A DNA stretch of 64,000 nucleotides from a virus, in IMG/VR virus record IMGVR_UViG_3300028326_000183, positions 1,771 through 65,770 of that record; one strand, given 5' to 3'. A program made the position numbers and the translations under genes. The notes beneath the pieces were generated by a model. It ran no database searches, was not told the origin of the DNA, and saw only the letters and a list, made by a program, of their open reading frames with translations. This document shows, in pieces, positions 37,501 to 47,510 of the stretch (position 1 is its first letter; every line of letters starts with the position of its first letter).

Positions 37501-39508
37501 ATTCCACCAACTTTTCCCATCGTCTTCGATATTCTCCGCCTCTATTACCTTCCGCCGCTACTTTAATCATCCAATTATCAATATTTGGCATTTGTTTTAT
37601 GCATTCATCCAGGTCATCAACAGCATCCTGAGACTCGAATGCCCAGATCACATCATTATTAATTCCAACGATAGTATTATCATCATAATGACACTCCATT
37701 TCTACATGAAGATGGTTTTGTGCTTCTGTAATAATATTATTATATTTATCTGCAGAGGAATATATATTGTACATATCTTCCGGAGTCATAATTTCGTTCA
37801 ATGTTGGAAGGTTATGATTCAATTCTCTTTCTTCTTCAGCAGAAATTTGGTCATTACTACGATACAAAAACCGCAATTCATCCAACGATACCGGTAGCGG
37901 TTTATGCAAGTCCACCTGCCCTGGAATATATGATAAGACATCATCATTTTCATGTACAAATTTTGCCATATCTAATGGTGAAAATGATTTTCCATCTATT
38001 ATGACAGGTTGAGATTCACTATTTTTGATAGCAAATATCTTTTCCCGTACATCAGATAATATATCAATAATTTGATTGCGCTCATCTGATGCTGCTTCCA
38101 ACTTTCGTTGTACTTCTGTAGCTTGATGTCTTGAAATATATTCTGTAATCCCATCAATGGATCTTTCCATATCGCGTTTGGTATCATCCAACACCGAAAC
38201 ACATAGATCCTGTATTTGTGAAGGAACTTGCTCTTTTAAAACAGTAAGCGCTTTGTTTTTTTCACTTGTTACTAAAACATTTTTTCCTTCAGCAAGAAAA
38301 TTACCAACCAAATTAGCAATCGTATGAGTTTTACCTGTTCCTGGTGGTCCTTGAACCAGCACAGCGTTATAATCTCTTATTCTCTGCGCTATTTCAAGTT
38401 GTTCTCTATTTGCTTCTTTTGCCAGTAATATTTCTCGGTTCTCTCCACTTACTGCAGCAAGTTTCTCAGCATTAGATAAATCCGGATGTTCAACCAGTTC
38501 CATAATTCTTTCACCTGAGACTAAATCAGAAAGATATCCTGGAACTTTGTCAGTATCATTAATTGTTTCAATAATTCTATCCACAGCTAATCCTGTGCCA
38601 TCAATTTTTCTTCTGATAAATACAACCGGTTCCAATCGCATAATTAACTGATCGTCTTCAGTAGGCTCATTATCGTCTTCGACAATGATACTTTCCGAAC
38701 ATAATTGATGTGTTAATCGTCTTAGATAATCTGCTGCCGAATTACGATCTAAAGGATGATAATAATTTTCATGTAATTCTTGCTGCAAATCTCTAATAAT
38801 ATCATGATTAATAAAACTAATCTTTTGAAGTAGCGGCATATAAAGTTCAGGCTCTTTATCTGTATCACAAATGCAAATTGTATTGTTATCCGGGTCAAAA
38901 GAGAATCTTGCCCTTTTCAATAATACCGGATGGTGTAATGAGTGATCTGATGCTACTGTTATTATTCCGTTACCTACCATCAACTCCATAGTTTCGGTTT
39001 CATTATTTAATTCAATATAGGCTTTGTATAAGGATGAAAAAAAGTCTCTAGTTTCCAAAGTAATTTTTTGCTCAATAGCCCATTCCTTACAAATATTTAT
39101 CCATTTATTATACGCATCATTAATTTTTTCATCTTCGTTCGGATAATAATCGCCACGTAAATCAGCATCTTCATCCAAAAAGAAAGAGATGTTGTTAGTA
39201 ATATTTTTTATTGAAATATGCTCTTTCCAATCGGGAACCAAGAATTGTACAATTTGATCTGATGGAGGCGGACATTGAACATATTCTGGCTTTGTCACAG
39301 ATAATAATACAACATCCTCATCAGATTCATCGTTATCTTCTTCACTATCCATGAAAAAAACTTGTACATAATCAGGATCATCAGGAAAATCCGAGAATTG
39401 GTATTTCCAAGTTTGTTTATTAATATCAGTATTAACACTATATTTCAATTCAGATAAAGCTTTTATATATTGAAATAATGAAACTATTTTTTTAGAGTTA
39501 GAATTCAC
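34532..39508 (-). CDS. SF1 (Upf1/DNA2-like) helicase fused to a Vsr/MTES_1575-type restriction-like endonuclease
   Basis: QGPPGTGKT, IIDEASQ, VGDDKQ, HFRC, FQGDERD, RYNVAVSRAK; then SPFEE...YRIDIVV...AVECDGEQFH...RQTILERIGWKFIRI; long insertion between motifs I and II. Confidence 0.9.
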   Translation of the reverse strand: MNSNSKKIVSLFQYIKALSELKYSVNTDINKQTWKYQFSDFPDDPDYVQVFFMDSEEDNDESDEDVVLLSVTKPEYVQCPPPSDQIVQFLVPDWKEHISIKNITNNISFFLDEDADLRGDYYPNEDEKINDAYNKWINICKEWAIEQKITLETRDFFSSLYKAYIELNNETETMELMVGNGIITVASDHSLHHPVLLKRARFSFDPDNNTICICDTDKEPELYMPLLQKISFINHDIIRDLQQELHENYYHPLDRNSAADYLRRLTHQLCSESIIVEDDNEPTEDDQLIMRLEPVVFIRRKIDGTGLAVDRIIETINDTDKVPGYLSDLVSGERIMELVEHPDLSNAEKLAAVSGENREILLAKEANREQLEIAQRIRDYNAVLVQGPPGTGKTHTIANLVGNFLAEGKNVLVTSEKNKALTVLKEQVPSQIQDLCVSVLDDTKRDMERSIDGITEYISRHQATEVQRKLEAASDERNQIIDILSDVREKIFAIKNSESQPVIIDGKSFSPLDMAKFVHENDDVLSYIPGQVDLHKPLPVSLDELRFLYRSNDQISAEEERELNHNLPTLNEIMTPEDMYNIYSSADKYNNIITEAQNHLHVEMECHYDDNTIVGINNDVIWAFESQDAVDDLDECIKQMPNIDNWMIKVAAEGNRGGEYRRRWEKLVESITDTSEFLESILVDLTGKKINIQVNNEMSYEDLISQYKIIQDLYKRKGKITKINRFTNKLLQPSLDAILINDKMPSSEYDCAIVIKYLNLLIKKKDTANQWNDLMGNNGLPMYESFDSDADEITSNYANEISKYLDWYNNSFNAICDKINAAGFNAKKLLENNKSESVTTRIEKSLDAIENKVPLYLTIVHTFIKYRSLRIKKEETVNILKRKEFMSSPLCHELAEALNKGDCNGYNTTWKKLSIVLGKRSILEKRKDILDRIYENAPDWSVAISNREGVYGSNTCPENIEDAWKWKQFDGIINQLTREPFEKLQEKSVELSVKLRAKTEEVATLSAWYHLLLKIEANLQMQQALQGWKQTTKKIGKGTGKNAPMLRRRARELMALCQEAVPAWIMPLNKALETYNPSSNCFDVIIIDEASQSDITALAILYMSKKVIIVGDDKQVSPLAVGVDVESVNNLMQMHIKDSIPNWHLYDAKTSLYDIARTTYQPLMLIEHFRCVPEIIGYSNKLSYDYKIKPLRDASSSNLLPAVIPYRVNGNRFEHSKYNREEVFYIVAFMMACIEQDEYKDKTFGAISLLGNQQAKYIQEKIIETMDPNIIEQHRILCGDASSFQGDERDVIFISLVDSNEGDGPLRKSGEGVDNSTKQRYNVAVSRAKDQLWIIHSLDYTKDLKTGDMRRDLLEYAENPQAFNNKKEEVAKKSESPFEESVGNALVAEGYNIEQQWPVGGYRIDIVVKYKNNKIAVECDGEQFHSTEEQILSDMERQTILERIGWKFIRIRGSKYYRNPEAAMNNVFAKLKEYGIEPETGSNSSHMQSSELFERVKIRAMEIVDTIRSDDTDYYTEKNILISHAAHLEKAQTKGREKKTKTDVSRKIANSKSQARIQEGIKGQISLFDIVDGDSKSTNNEEQDNSTDKDNELIHMLKVKDFEVIDNRANSGILWVICTNDNKDKFESVIEAFSNKYSYERRGAVATNNKPAWRIMCK

Positions 39509-39619
39509 TGTAACACCTCATCAATTTATAACACACAATTCAAGCTTAAATATTATACCATATAATTTATATAACAATACGGGCATTGTAAGCACTTTAC
39601 TATAATATATGTGGCAATA

Positions 39620-40948
39620 CTAATTCCCTTCAAATTTGCTAAACTCAGACAAAAAATCATGCTCACTAATCTTGATCTTAAAGACAAACTCCTCATAGGT
39701 TGCAGAGTCTATCGGTAATTTCAACCCATGCTTTGTAACAAAAATATCATCCCTCGCTTCCACATTTTTTTCATAAGTAGAACCTCTATTCATCCAAAGT
39801 TTCTCATCAATAATTTCATTGATCTCCGGATAAAGATAATATCCTTTCTTAGCGTCAAATCTGAACATATATGCAAGTACCTGTAGATAATCCCTATTTC
39901 CAATATTATCAAAAGGTTTATACTTAGCATCCGCTATAACTCGGTTTTCACTATCCCGGCTTATGAAATCGGGATAGATAAGTCCTATATTATTCGTAAA
40001 AAGACGTTGAGCTCCTCTGCCGCCCTTGTTCATAGGATGAAAAAAAATATCTTCAACAAGCAAGTTGATGTACTCTTCCCACAGCCATGCGCCATCAAAT
40101 AAGATTCCATATATCTGCCGTGTGCCGGAACCGATCTGATGTTTTTGGCGTTGCAGGATTAAAAGGCAAAGACGTTGCAAGGCGCGATACTCTCTGTAAT
40201 AAGCATGTCTAATCGTTGATCGCTTATTCTCCGAGATGATCTTCCGCTTATCATATGGCTCGTAATCCGATGTCGCCTTAATGACCATATCCACTTCATC
40301 TTTTACCTTGACAATGAGATTACTGCCATAAGGTTTTCGCTTAATGTACTCAATCGTGTGCCGCACGAGCTCCATCAGATAGTTGTCGTAAGAATACTCT
40401 CGCTGGCTATATGCCACATTCCCGGTGAACGGAGTATTCATTTTCACGTGGAGAGCAATGTCTATTGCACCCTTGATATTCTTGTCATTATAGCTGTTGC
40501 GGATATATGTCTTGAAGAGACCCTTCCGCGCAGCTGACTTCAAATAGTATGGGAATAGGAAAAGCAACAGATTAAAGAGCTGGTTATCCTGATCCACATC
40601 TGTCTGCATGTCTACGATATTCGGGAAGTCAAGCACTCGATCAAGCAAGTACTGAAAGAAGTAATCATTTTCGTTCGTGCTGAATCGCGACTCAATCACG
40701 AGCCGCTCATCTCCATAGCCGAGAAACCCCATGACATTTCCGGAACGGTAGAAATCGTTGACGCTCTGAAGGATCATCTGATCACGCGTAATATCCTCGG
40801 CATCATCAATAATCTCAGGAAAAACAAACACGCCCTCGCGCTCCAACTGCTCCAGTGTCTTATCAGCAACCTTCCGGGTAATGCCGGCAACTGTAGAGAA
40901 ATCTGTTTTTTGTAATTTGGTATTGTCCTTAATCCTGAGTTGTTCCAT
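39620..40948 (-). CDS. mcrC: McrC-family restriction subunit
   Basis: FDGAWLWEEY, YPDF, ADAKYK, DYLQVLAYM; directly downstream of McrB. Confidence 0.9.
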   Translation of the reverse strand: MEQLRIKDNTKLQKTDFSTVAGITRKVADKTLEQLEREGVFVFPEIIDDAEDITRDQMILQSVNDFYRSGNVMGFLGYGDERLVIESRFSTNENDYFFQYLLDRVLDFPNIVDMQTDVDQDNQLFNLLLFLFPYYLKSAARKGLFKTYIRNSYNDKNIKGAIDIALHVKMNTPFTGNVAYSQREYSYDNYLMELVRHTIEYIKRKPYGSNLIVKVKDEVDMVIKATSDYEPYDKRKIISENKRSTIRHAYYREYRALQRLCLLILQRQKHQIGSGTRQIYGILFDGAWLWEEYINLLVEDIFFHPMNKGGRGAQRLFTNNIGLIYPDFISRDSENRVIADAKYKPFDNIGNRDYLQVLAYMFRFDAKKGYYLYPEINEIIDEKLWMNRGSTYEKNVEARDDIFVTKHGLKLPIDSATYEEFVFKIKISEHDFLSEFSKFEGN

Positions 40949-40970
40949 CAGTACCACCTTCATCCGTCGC

Positions 40971-43013
40971 CTAATAACCATATGCCTTGGCGAATCTCTT
41001 CATGATATCCTCTTCGTCATACATTCCCTGGATGTAATCCTGCAAGAGCGGCTGGAGATAGTCAGTCCAAAGCTGATCAAAGGTCAAGGTTTTGAGTTTC
41101 AGGTAATATGAAGCTCCGATCTGATAGTTTTCGTTCAGGTCCTCAACATCGGCTATTTCTTTATTCAAAGCTGACATACGCTGGATTGCTTCGGCCTCTA
41201 GAGCATCATCTTCCAGCAATGAGAGCATCTCAAGTCTATCATCAGCTTTCAGTTCGATGAAACGGAAGCGCCTGCGCATAGCGAAATCGAAACTATCCAC
41301 TGACCGATCGATATCATTCATGGTACCGATGATATAAACGTTCTCCGGAATATATAACTTCTCATCCGGATCTACGTGCAGGTTTGCATACTGGGTAGAT
41401 ATCTCGCCGGCCTGGCCCCTGTAACCAGGATCGATCGCGAAGAACAGCTCGCCAAAAATCTTAGAGATCTCTCCGCGATTGATCTCGTCGATAATGAAAA
41501 TGTATTTTTTCAGTTCTGTCTGCTTTGTCGCCGCCTTGGACTTGGTCTTTTTTGCGCTGATCACTTTGAATATGGCAAAGTCATAGGAGTACGCCTGCGT
41601 AGCAAATGTCTTTCCAAAGAAATTCGTAATATCCTTGATTTTACTAAACTTCTGCCCGGACTCCAACATCTTCCGGACTTCCTCGATATTGAGACTCAGC
41701 TTGTTAACGTTGGCATTACCAGGTATCGATATATTGATGTGCTTGTCATCCACGCTGGTGATACTGAACTCATTCCCATTGATTGTCTTGAAGATGTCCG
41801 TTCCAAGCTCAATGCTGGAAAAGAAATCCGTCATCGCTTCCTGCACAGAGACCTCTTTTTCAATGGTCTCTTTGGATTTCAGAGAATCTTCATAATTTTT
41901 CCTTGCTCTTCCAATAAACTTCTTAAACACGCCGTCCTGAAGTTCAAATCCCATTGACCCATCGTCATTCACTGTTGGCCTCAGGCCTTCCACGAAGTCT
42001 GTATAATCGTAGCTTGGATGGAATTGAACGAATTCCACCTGTTTCTTCTGCTCAGCGGTCAGCATCGTGTAATCGTCATAATAACCGTTACTAATGATAT
42101 CGGCAGCGATTTCCTTCGCCAGGTACGACTTTCCGGTACCCGGTGCCCCACGGAATATAATATTCTTCGACTCTATAAGCATAGAAGAATACGGATTTAG
42201 ATATCCGTTGAATTGCTGCACCAGTTCCTCAGAAGTTCTTCCTTGGCTTTCTGTTTGAGCACCTTCCTTCGCATCCTTTTCTCTGTAGACAAGAACGAAA
42301 TGATCGCCTGAAGTACCAAATCTTTTCAAACATTCTTGTACAAACAAGATAGTCGAAAAGATATTCCAGCAGTAAATAACAAAATATCGTCCATTGTCAT
42401 AGCCATACGTAAGATACTCTATAGTGTTACGGTGTTTACGAAATTCATCTACGCTTGGATAAATTCCACAAATCATTTCAGAGTTTGGATTATATCTACA
42501 AACAGGGAAGTTTTCTTTTTCCTCCACTGAAAGAGCCGCGATCTCTTTTTCATATATCTGACATGCGATTCTTGGCATGGTTTGATTTGAGTTACGGCGT
42601 TCACCCTTGGAATAATTCCGACGAATGACCTCTCCAGCAGAATTCCTGAAATATGTATCCAGAGGCTTATAATTATCACCAAGAAATAAATTATCAATAG
42701 AGAACCTATCGTCTGTCGAAGTAATGTTGTCTTTTGTAATTGATAATTCAAACTTCTCAAACTTAGTCTCAATTTGAAATCCTTTATTATGCAGAAAGTT
42801 CTTCGCTTCAACTGCATTATAGTTCTGCGTCGATATGTCAGTACCATTAGCGAGATAATCAGCGATAGCTACCACGTACTTTGGAGGGTATTTCTTTCCT
42901 TCGTCAGTGATGAGCTCATACATTGTACTCTTATTCTGAACAGGAACTCCATTCTTATCAATGTAATCGAGAGCCTTAATAATATCCGACTCATTTATTT
43001 TAGGAATAGCCAT
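40971..43013 (-). CDS. mcrB: McrB-family AAA+ GTPase
   Basis: GAPGTGKS, FVQFHPSYDYTDFVEG, IIDEINRG, IGTMNDIDRS, FAMRRRF. Confidence 0.93.
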   Translation of the reverse strand: MAIPKINESDIIKALDYIDKNGVPVQNKSTMYELITDEGKKYPPKYVVAIADYLANGTDISTQNYNAVEAKNFLHNKGFQIETKFEKFELSITKDNITSTDDRFSIDNLFLGDNYKPLDTYFRNSAGEVIRRNYSKGERRNSNQTMPRIACQIYEKEIAALSVEEKENFPVCRYNPNSEMICGIYPSVDEFRKHRNTIEYLTYGYDNGRYFVIYCWNIFSTILFVQECLKRFGTSGDHFVLVYREKDAKEGAQTESQGRTSEELVQQFNGYLNPYSSMLIESKNIIFRGAPGTGKSYLAKEIAADIISNGYYDDYTMLTAEQKKQVEFVQFHPSYDYTDFVEGLRPTVNDDGSMGFELQDGVFKKFIGRARKNYEDSLKSKETIEKEVSVQEAMTDFFSSIELGTDIFKTINGNEFSITSVDDKHINISIPGNANVNKLSLNIEEVRKMLESGQKFSKIKDITNFFGKTFATQAYSYDFAIFKVISAKKTKSKAATKQTELKKYIFIIDEINRGEISKIFGELFFAIDPGYRGQAGEISTQYANLHVDPDEKLYIPENVYIIGTMNDIDRSVDSFDFAMRRRFRFIELKADDRLEMLSLLEDDALEAEAIQRMSALNKEIADVEDLNENYQIGASYYLKLKTLTFDQLWTDYLQPLLQDYIQGMYDEEDIMKRFAKAYGY

Positions 43014-43105
43014 GTTACGATACCTCCTGTTTTGATGATTACTCGTACCTTATATGATATGCAATAATATTATTTATAATGTGTAATCATTTGCACATTA
43101 CTTTT

Positions 43106-46100
43106 TTATTCATTCATATCACTATTATCCGTCCAAAGTTCACACTGTGTCATTACAGTCTGAACAGCATCTTCCATTCCTTCTGGAGGATACTTATGTT
43201 TTCTTAGAAGACGTTTAATCATCATTCTCATTCTGGCCCGGGCCGATTCTCTCTTCTGCCAATCGATAGTCCGATTGTTTCTTAATGCCTCAGTCAGTTC
43301 TTTTGTTATAGCAATCAGTTCATCATTTTCATAGAAGTCCTTTATTGCCTCAGGCCTTGTTAATGCATCATAAAATGCCAGCTCATCTGGAGTAAGACCA
43401 AGTTCGTTTCCTTCTTTATTCGCGTCTGATATCTGTTTTGCAAGATTAAGAAGTTCCTCTATAACCTGCTCATTTGTGAGCATTCCATTGAGGTATTTAT
43501 TCATTATACTCTGCATAATTTCGCTGAATTTTGCTGACTTTACTACGTTTGTTTTGCGATAGATTTGCACCTGCTCAGCAATGAGTTTTCGTAAAACTTC
43601 GACAGCAAGATTCTTTTCCTTCATCTTTGATATTTCATCAAGGAATTTTGGATCGAAAAGTGAGAACTCCGTTTTCACATCAGAAAATAAGTTTATAACA
43701 CCCTCGCTCTTAATACTTGCTTTGAGAAGTTCATTAATTCTATCATTCATTTCCGTGAGTGATATCTTCTTACCTTCTCCTTGATTCATTAAGCGCATTA
43801 CAAGGACTCTAACCGATTCAAAGAATGCTGCCTCTATTCTTAAATCATGCTCTACAAGTGATGAACATAATGACAAGGCTTGCTTCATCAGTAATGCTTC
43901 TTTTATAAAATTTTCACGTTCCTGTTTTTTATCGACTGCTACAATAAAGTTAACAGCTCCGCTAATTGCTTTTGAGCGTTCTAAATTAGTTCCTGTAGAG
44001 AACTTCGAATAATCGTATCCATGAAACAGATCCTGACATATTGATAATTTCTCAAGGAACTTTGGATATGCTACTTTCCCAATATCCGGATTACCATAAT
44101 TGTTTTTATCACGAGCTGTATAGTCATTCATTGCCTGTTTCAGCGCAGAAGCTATACCTACGTAGTCAACAATCAAACCGCCTTCTTTATCCTTAAAAAC
44201 ACGATTTACGCGAGCTATAGCTTGCATTAGATTATGTCCACGCATTGGTTTATAAACATACATAGTTGCAAGCGACGGAACATCAAAACCAGTCAGCCAC
44301 ATATCAACGACTATAGCTATTTTCATATTGCTATTATCATCTTTAAACTCCGTTGCTAATTCATCTCTATGCTGCCGGTTTCCTATAACTGCTCGCCATT
44401 CTTCCGGATCCTTATTATTTTCTGTCATTACAACCTTAGCTTTTTCTTTCCAGCCAGGCCTAAGCTCCAGTATTTTACTATATATCTTCATCGCAATGGA
44501 ACGAGAATACGCAACTATCATAGCTTTTCCCGTAAGGAGTTCACTACGGTTATTTTCATAATGATCAATGATATCATTCACGAGTGAGTCAATAGTTGCA
44601 TCATTGCCAAGAACGACTTCCATATTTCCAAGTTCTTTTTTACTCTTTTCAATTACAGCCGGATCTGCATTATTGGCCATCAGATCATATTCTTGGTCAA
44701 TAAGATGCAGCGTTTTTTCATCGAACTTAAGCTTAATTACGCGGCTTTCATAGTATACCGGTCTAGTAGCGCCATCTTCCACAGCTTGAGTCATATCGTA
44801 AATATCAATATAATCTCCGAAGACCTCGCGAGTATCTCTGTCCTTCATCGAAATAGGAGTTCCAGTGAAACCAATATATGTGGCATTCGGGAGACTATCT
44901 CTTATGATACGTGCTGTGCCTACTTTAATTTCCCCAGTTTTCAGATCTATTTTTTCTTTCAGACCATACTGGCTGCGATGAGCTTCATCCGCCATAACAA
45001 TAATATTCTTTCGATCAGACAGTGGTTCGGAAGATTCTTCGAACTTTTGCATAGTAGTAAAAATAATACCATTTGCCTTACGTCCATCGAGCCAGTCTTT
45101 TAGTCCAACTTCATTTTTGCTAGGATTATCTCCTAGCTTTCTGCATGTTGCATGTACAGGATCCTGCCTAAGGAAATGTCTGCACTTTGCAAATTGTCCA
45201 TATAACTGATCATCAAGATCATTCCTATCTGTAATAACAACAATAGTAGGACTCTCTAATGCATCTTGCAGCAAATGCGCATAGAAAACCATAGATAGAG
45301 ATTTACCGGAGCCCTGTGTATGCCAAAAAACACCACCCTTACCATCGGTAACAGTTGCATTTTTTGTTGATTCAATTGCCTTCTTTACAGCGAAGTATTG
45401 ATGATATCCAGCTAGGATTTTGAATTGCTTTAGTCCCTCATCTGAAAAGCAAATAAAGTTCTCAATGATATCTAAAAGTCGCTCTTTGGTAAACATGCCT
45501 TCAAAGAATGTATCAAACTGTGCATATTGCGTATTTTCATAGTCTCCATCTTTTGTTTTCCATTCCATAAAGCGATCTTCACCAGATGTGATAGTACCTG
45601 CTTTACTCGTAAGATGATCACTAATTACACATATGCAGTTATATATAAACATTGATGGGATTTCCTGCATATAATTTCTGATCTGCCTAAAGCCTTCTGA
45701 CGCTTCAGTTTCCTCCCTTGACGGGGATTTCAGTTCCATGAGTACAACCGGTAATCCATTCAGAAAGATTATGATATCCGGACGCTTATTGCTATTTTCT
45801 ATAAAAGTCCACTGATTAGCAATAATGAATGAGTTATTATCAATATTTTTATAATCAGCAAGTATTACGCGTCCAGAACGTTCTTCACCATCAACAAAGT
45901 ATCTTACTTCAATCCCGTTCTGCAGATAATCCATAAAAATTGAATTTTTTTGCACAAGTTCAGCATTCTCGAAATTCTTCAATTTATTGATTGCATCAGA
46001 AACTGCGTCCTCTGGCATTCCCGGATTCAAACGATACAATGATGCCTCAAGTTCTGTATCATACAAAGGACTATTGAAATCACGATCAAGATCTGGCGCA

Positions 46101-46195
46101 TATATATGATTATATCCCATATCTTGGAATAGCTCTATTACAGTGTTTTCATAATCAGCTTCTGTATATATTCCCTGCAACCTCATCACTCCCAA
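43106..46195 (-). CDS. hsdR: Type I restriction endonuclease subunit R
   Basis: RPDIIIFLNGLPVVLMELKS, WHTQGSGKS, ADEAHRSQY, FTGTP, VVDMWLTGFD, QAIARVNR. Confidence 0.97.
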   Translation of the reverse strand: MGVMRLQGIYTEADYENTVIELFQDMGYNHIYAPDLDRDFNSPLYDTELEASLYRLNPGMPEDAVSDAINKLKNFENAELVQKNSIFMDYLQNGIEVRYFVDGEERSGRVILADYKNIDNNSFIIANQWTFIENSNKRPDIIIFLNGLPVVLMELKSPSREETEASEGFRQIRNYMQEIPSMFIYNCICVISDHLTSKAGTITSGEDRFMEWKTKDGDYENTQYAQFDTFFEGMFTKERLLDIIENFICFSDEGLKQFKILAGYHQYFAVKKAIESTKNATVTDGKGGVFWHTQGSGKSLSMVFYAHLLQDALESPTIVVITDRNDLDDQLYGQFAKCRHFLRQDPVHATCRKLGDNPSKNEVGLKDWLDGRKANGIIFTTMQKFEESSEPLSDRKNIIVMADEAHRSQYGLKEKIDLKTGEIKVGTARIIRDSLPNATYIGFTGTPISMKDRDTREVFGDYIDIYDMTQAVEDGATRPVYYESRVIKLKFDEKTLHLIDQEYDLMANNADPAVIEKSKKELGNMEVVLGNDATIDSLVNDIIDHYENNRSELLTGKAMIVAYSRSIAMKIYSKILELRPGWKEKAKVVMTENNKDPEEWRAVIGNRQHRDELATEFKDDNSNMKIAIVVDMWLTGFDVPSLATMYVYKPMRGHNLMQAIARVNRVFKDKEGGLIVDYVGIASALKQAMNDYTARDKNNYGNPDIGKVAYPKFLEKLSICQDLFHGYDYSKFSTGTNLERSKAISGAVNFIVAVDKKQERENFIKEALLMKQALSLCSSLVEHDLRIEAAFFESVRVLVMRLMNQGEGKKISLTEMNDRINELLKASIKSEGVINLFSDVKTEFSLFDPKFLDEISKMKEKNLAVEVLRKLIAEQVQIYRKTNVVKSAKFSEIMQSIMNKYLNGMLTNEQVIEELLNLAKQISDANKEGNELGLTPDELAFYDALTRPEAIKDFYENDELIAITKELTEALRNNRTIDWQKRESARARMRMMIKRLLRKHKYPPEGMEDAVQTVMTQCELWTDNSDMNE

Positions 46196-46196
46196 A

Positions 46197-46835
46197 CTAT
46201 CTTTTTTGTTTTAAACACATATCTGGATGAATACATTCATAATCATAACTAATACAGCTTTTACATTTGCAGATTCCATTGTTTCGATATTTGCAATCTT
46301 TTACGTTCAGTTTATTAGATTTTAGATTATTCTTTTTATTAGGCTTAGGTTTAGATTTAACAGATTTTATATAATCTTCGGTTTCAGCTACAAAAAACGA
46401 ATTCATTGAACGACTCAAAGTATCAGTTAATCTGTTTCTACTGCTACTTACAATGAGTCGTTCTAATTCAGTTGGAGCTAATTTTCTAATGCTTTTCAGT
46501 TTTATGTATATGGATGGAATGTAACCACTTCCATATATATATTCATCATAATACATAGGATATGCTTCTATCGGCCGTTTCTCTGTAATATCTATAAAAT
46601 GACATACAAATGCAGCTCCTTTTGAATATAATATCACTATTCCCTTTCCATCTTTAAATACATCACTAATGACTTTTTTCGATGGCGCACGTCCTAACTT
46701 TGCAAACCAGCAATATCCATATTGCCTAATAACATCTTCATGAAGCTGGATACAATTTGAAACAATATTGGTTCCGTATCGTAATATTAGAATTTTTTGT
46801 TCATCAGATAAACGCAAATATTTCTCCTTATACAT
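46197..46835 (-). CDS. Hypothetical protein inside the type I RM locus, Cys-rich C-terminus
   Basis: 212 aa; HEDVIRQYGYCWFAKLG; C-terminal C-x7-C-x-C-x2-C-x6-C-x5-C; extended -10 TGATATAAT at 46852-46860. Confidence 0.8.
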   Translation of the reverse strand: MYKEKYLRLSDEQKILILRYGTNIVSNCIQLHEDVIRQYGYCWFAKLGRAPSKKVISDVFKDGKGIVILYSKGAAFVCHFIDITEKRPIEAYPMYYDEYIYGSGYIPSIYIKLKSIRKLAPTELERLIVSSSRNRLTDTLSRSMNSFFVAETEDYIKSVKSKPKPNKKNNLKSNKLNVKDCKYRNNGICKCKSCISYDYECIHPDMCLKQKR

Positions 46836-46874
46836 AATAATCTTTTTATTTATTATATCATTGATTCTTTTACA

Positions 46875-47510
46875 ATAAACAAGAATTTAGAGCAGCAGGC
46901 ACAAGCACTTTTTAAGTCTTGGTTTATTGATTTTGAACCTTTCAATGGCTCGATACCTGCAAATTGGAGAACATCTACGCTGTCTCAAGTTTCGGAGATG
47001 GGCGCTGGCGGCGATAAGCCGCAAATCGTCTCTGATAACATGACGGCTGAATGTCCATATCCAATTTATTCTAATGGCATATCCAATGAAGGCTTGTACG
47101 GATATACTGATAAAGCGAAAATCTTTGATGAAAGTGTAACGGTCTCTGCCAGAGGAACTATAGGCTTTGTTTGTTTACGACATATTCCATATGTTCCTAT
47201 AGTTCGTTTAGTTACGTTAATCCCCGATAAAAATAAGATTTCAGCGAAGTACCTATATTTTTGGCTGCAATTGCTGCACATTGCAGGAACCGGAACAACA
47301 CAGCAACAACTTACAGTACCATACTTTCAATCAACCGAGATTCTTGTACCGGATAGTGATACCTTAGCAAAGTTTACGGATTTTGCAGATTCTGCTTTCA
47401 GTAACATTTGGTCAAATCAAGCTGAGAACGATAAGCTTGCAGCTTTAAGAGATACTTTGCTTCCCCGGTTAATGTCTGGTAATCTCGATGTATCCGACCT
47501 TGACCTTTAG
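46875..47510 (+). CDS. hsdS: Silent inverted hsdS C-terminal (TRD2) cassette
   Basis: Frame open from the repeat: INKNLEQQAQALFKSWFIDFEPF...GTGTTQQQLT...LRDTLLPRLMSGNLDVSDLDL*; no native start; opposite strand to the locus. Confidence 0.9.
   Translation: MNKNLEQQAQALFKSWFIDFEPFNGSIPANWRTSTLSQVSEMGAGGDKPQIVSDNMTAECPYPIYSNGISNEGLYGYTDKAKIFDESVTVSARGTIGFVCLRHIPYVPIVRLVTLIPDKNKISAKYLYFWLQLLHIAGTGTTQQQLTVPYFQSTEILVPDSDTLAKFTDFADSAFSNIWSNQAENDKLAALRDTLLPRLMSGNLDVSDLDL
46876..46889 (+). repeat. hsdS recombination core, site 1
   Basis: TAAACAAGAATTTA; extends to 23 bp of identity (46875-46897) with the inverted site 4. Confidence 0.9.
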
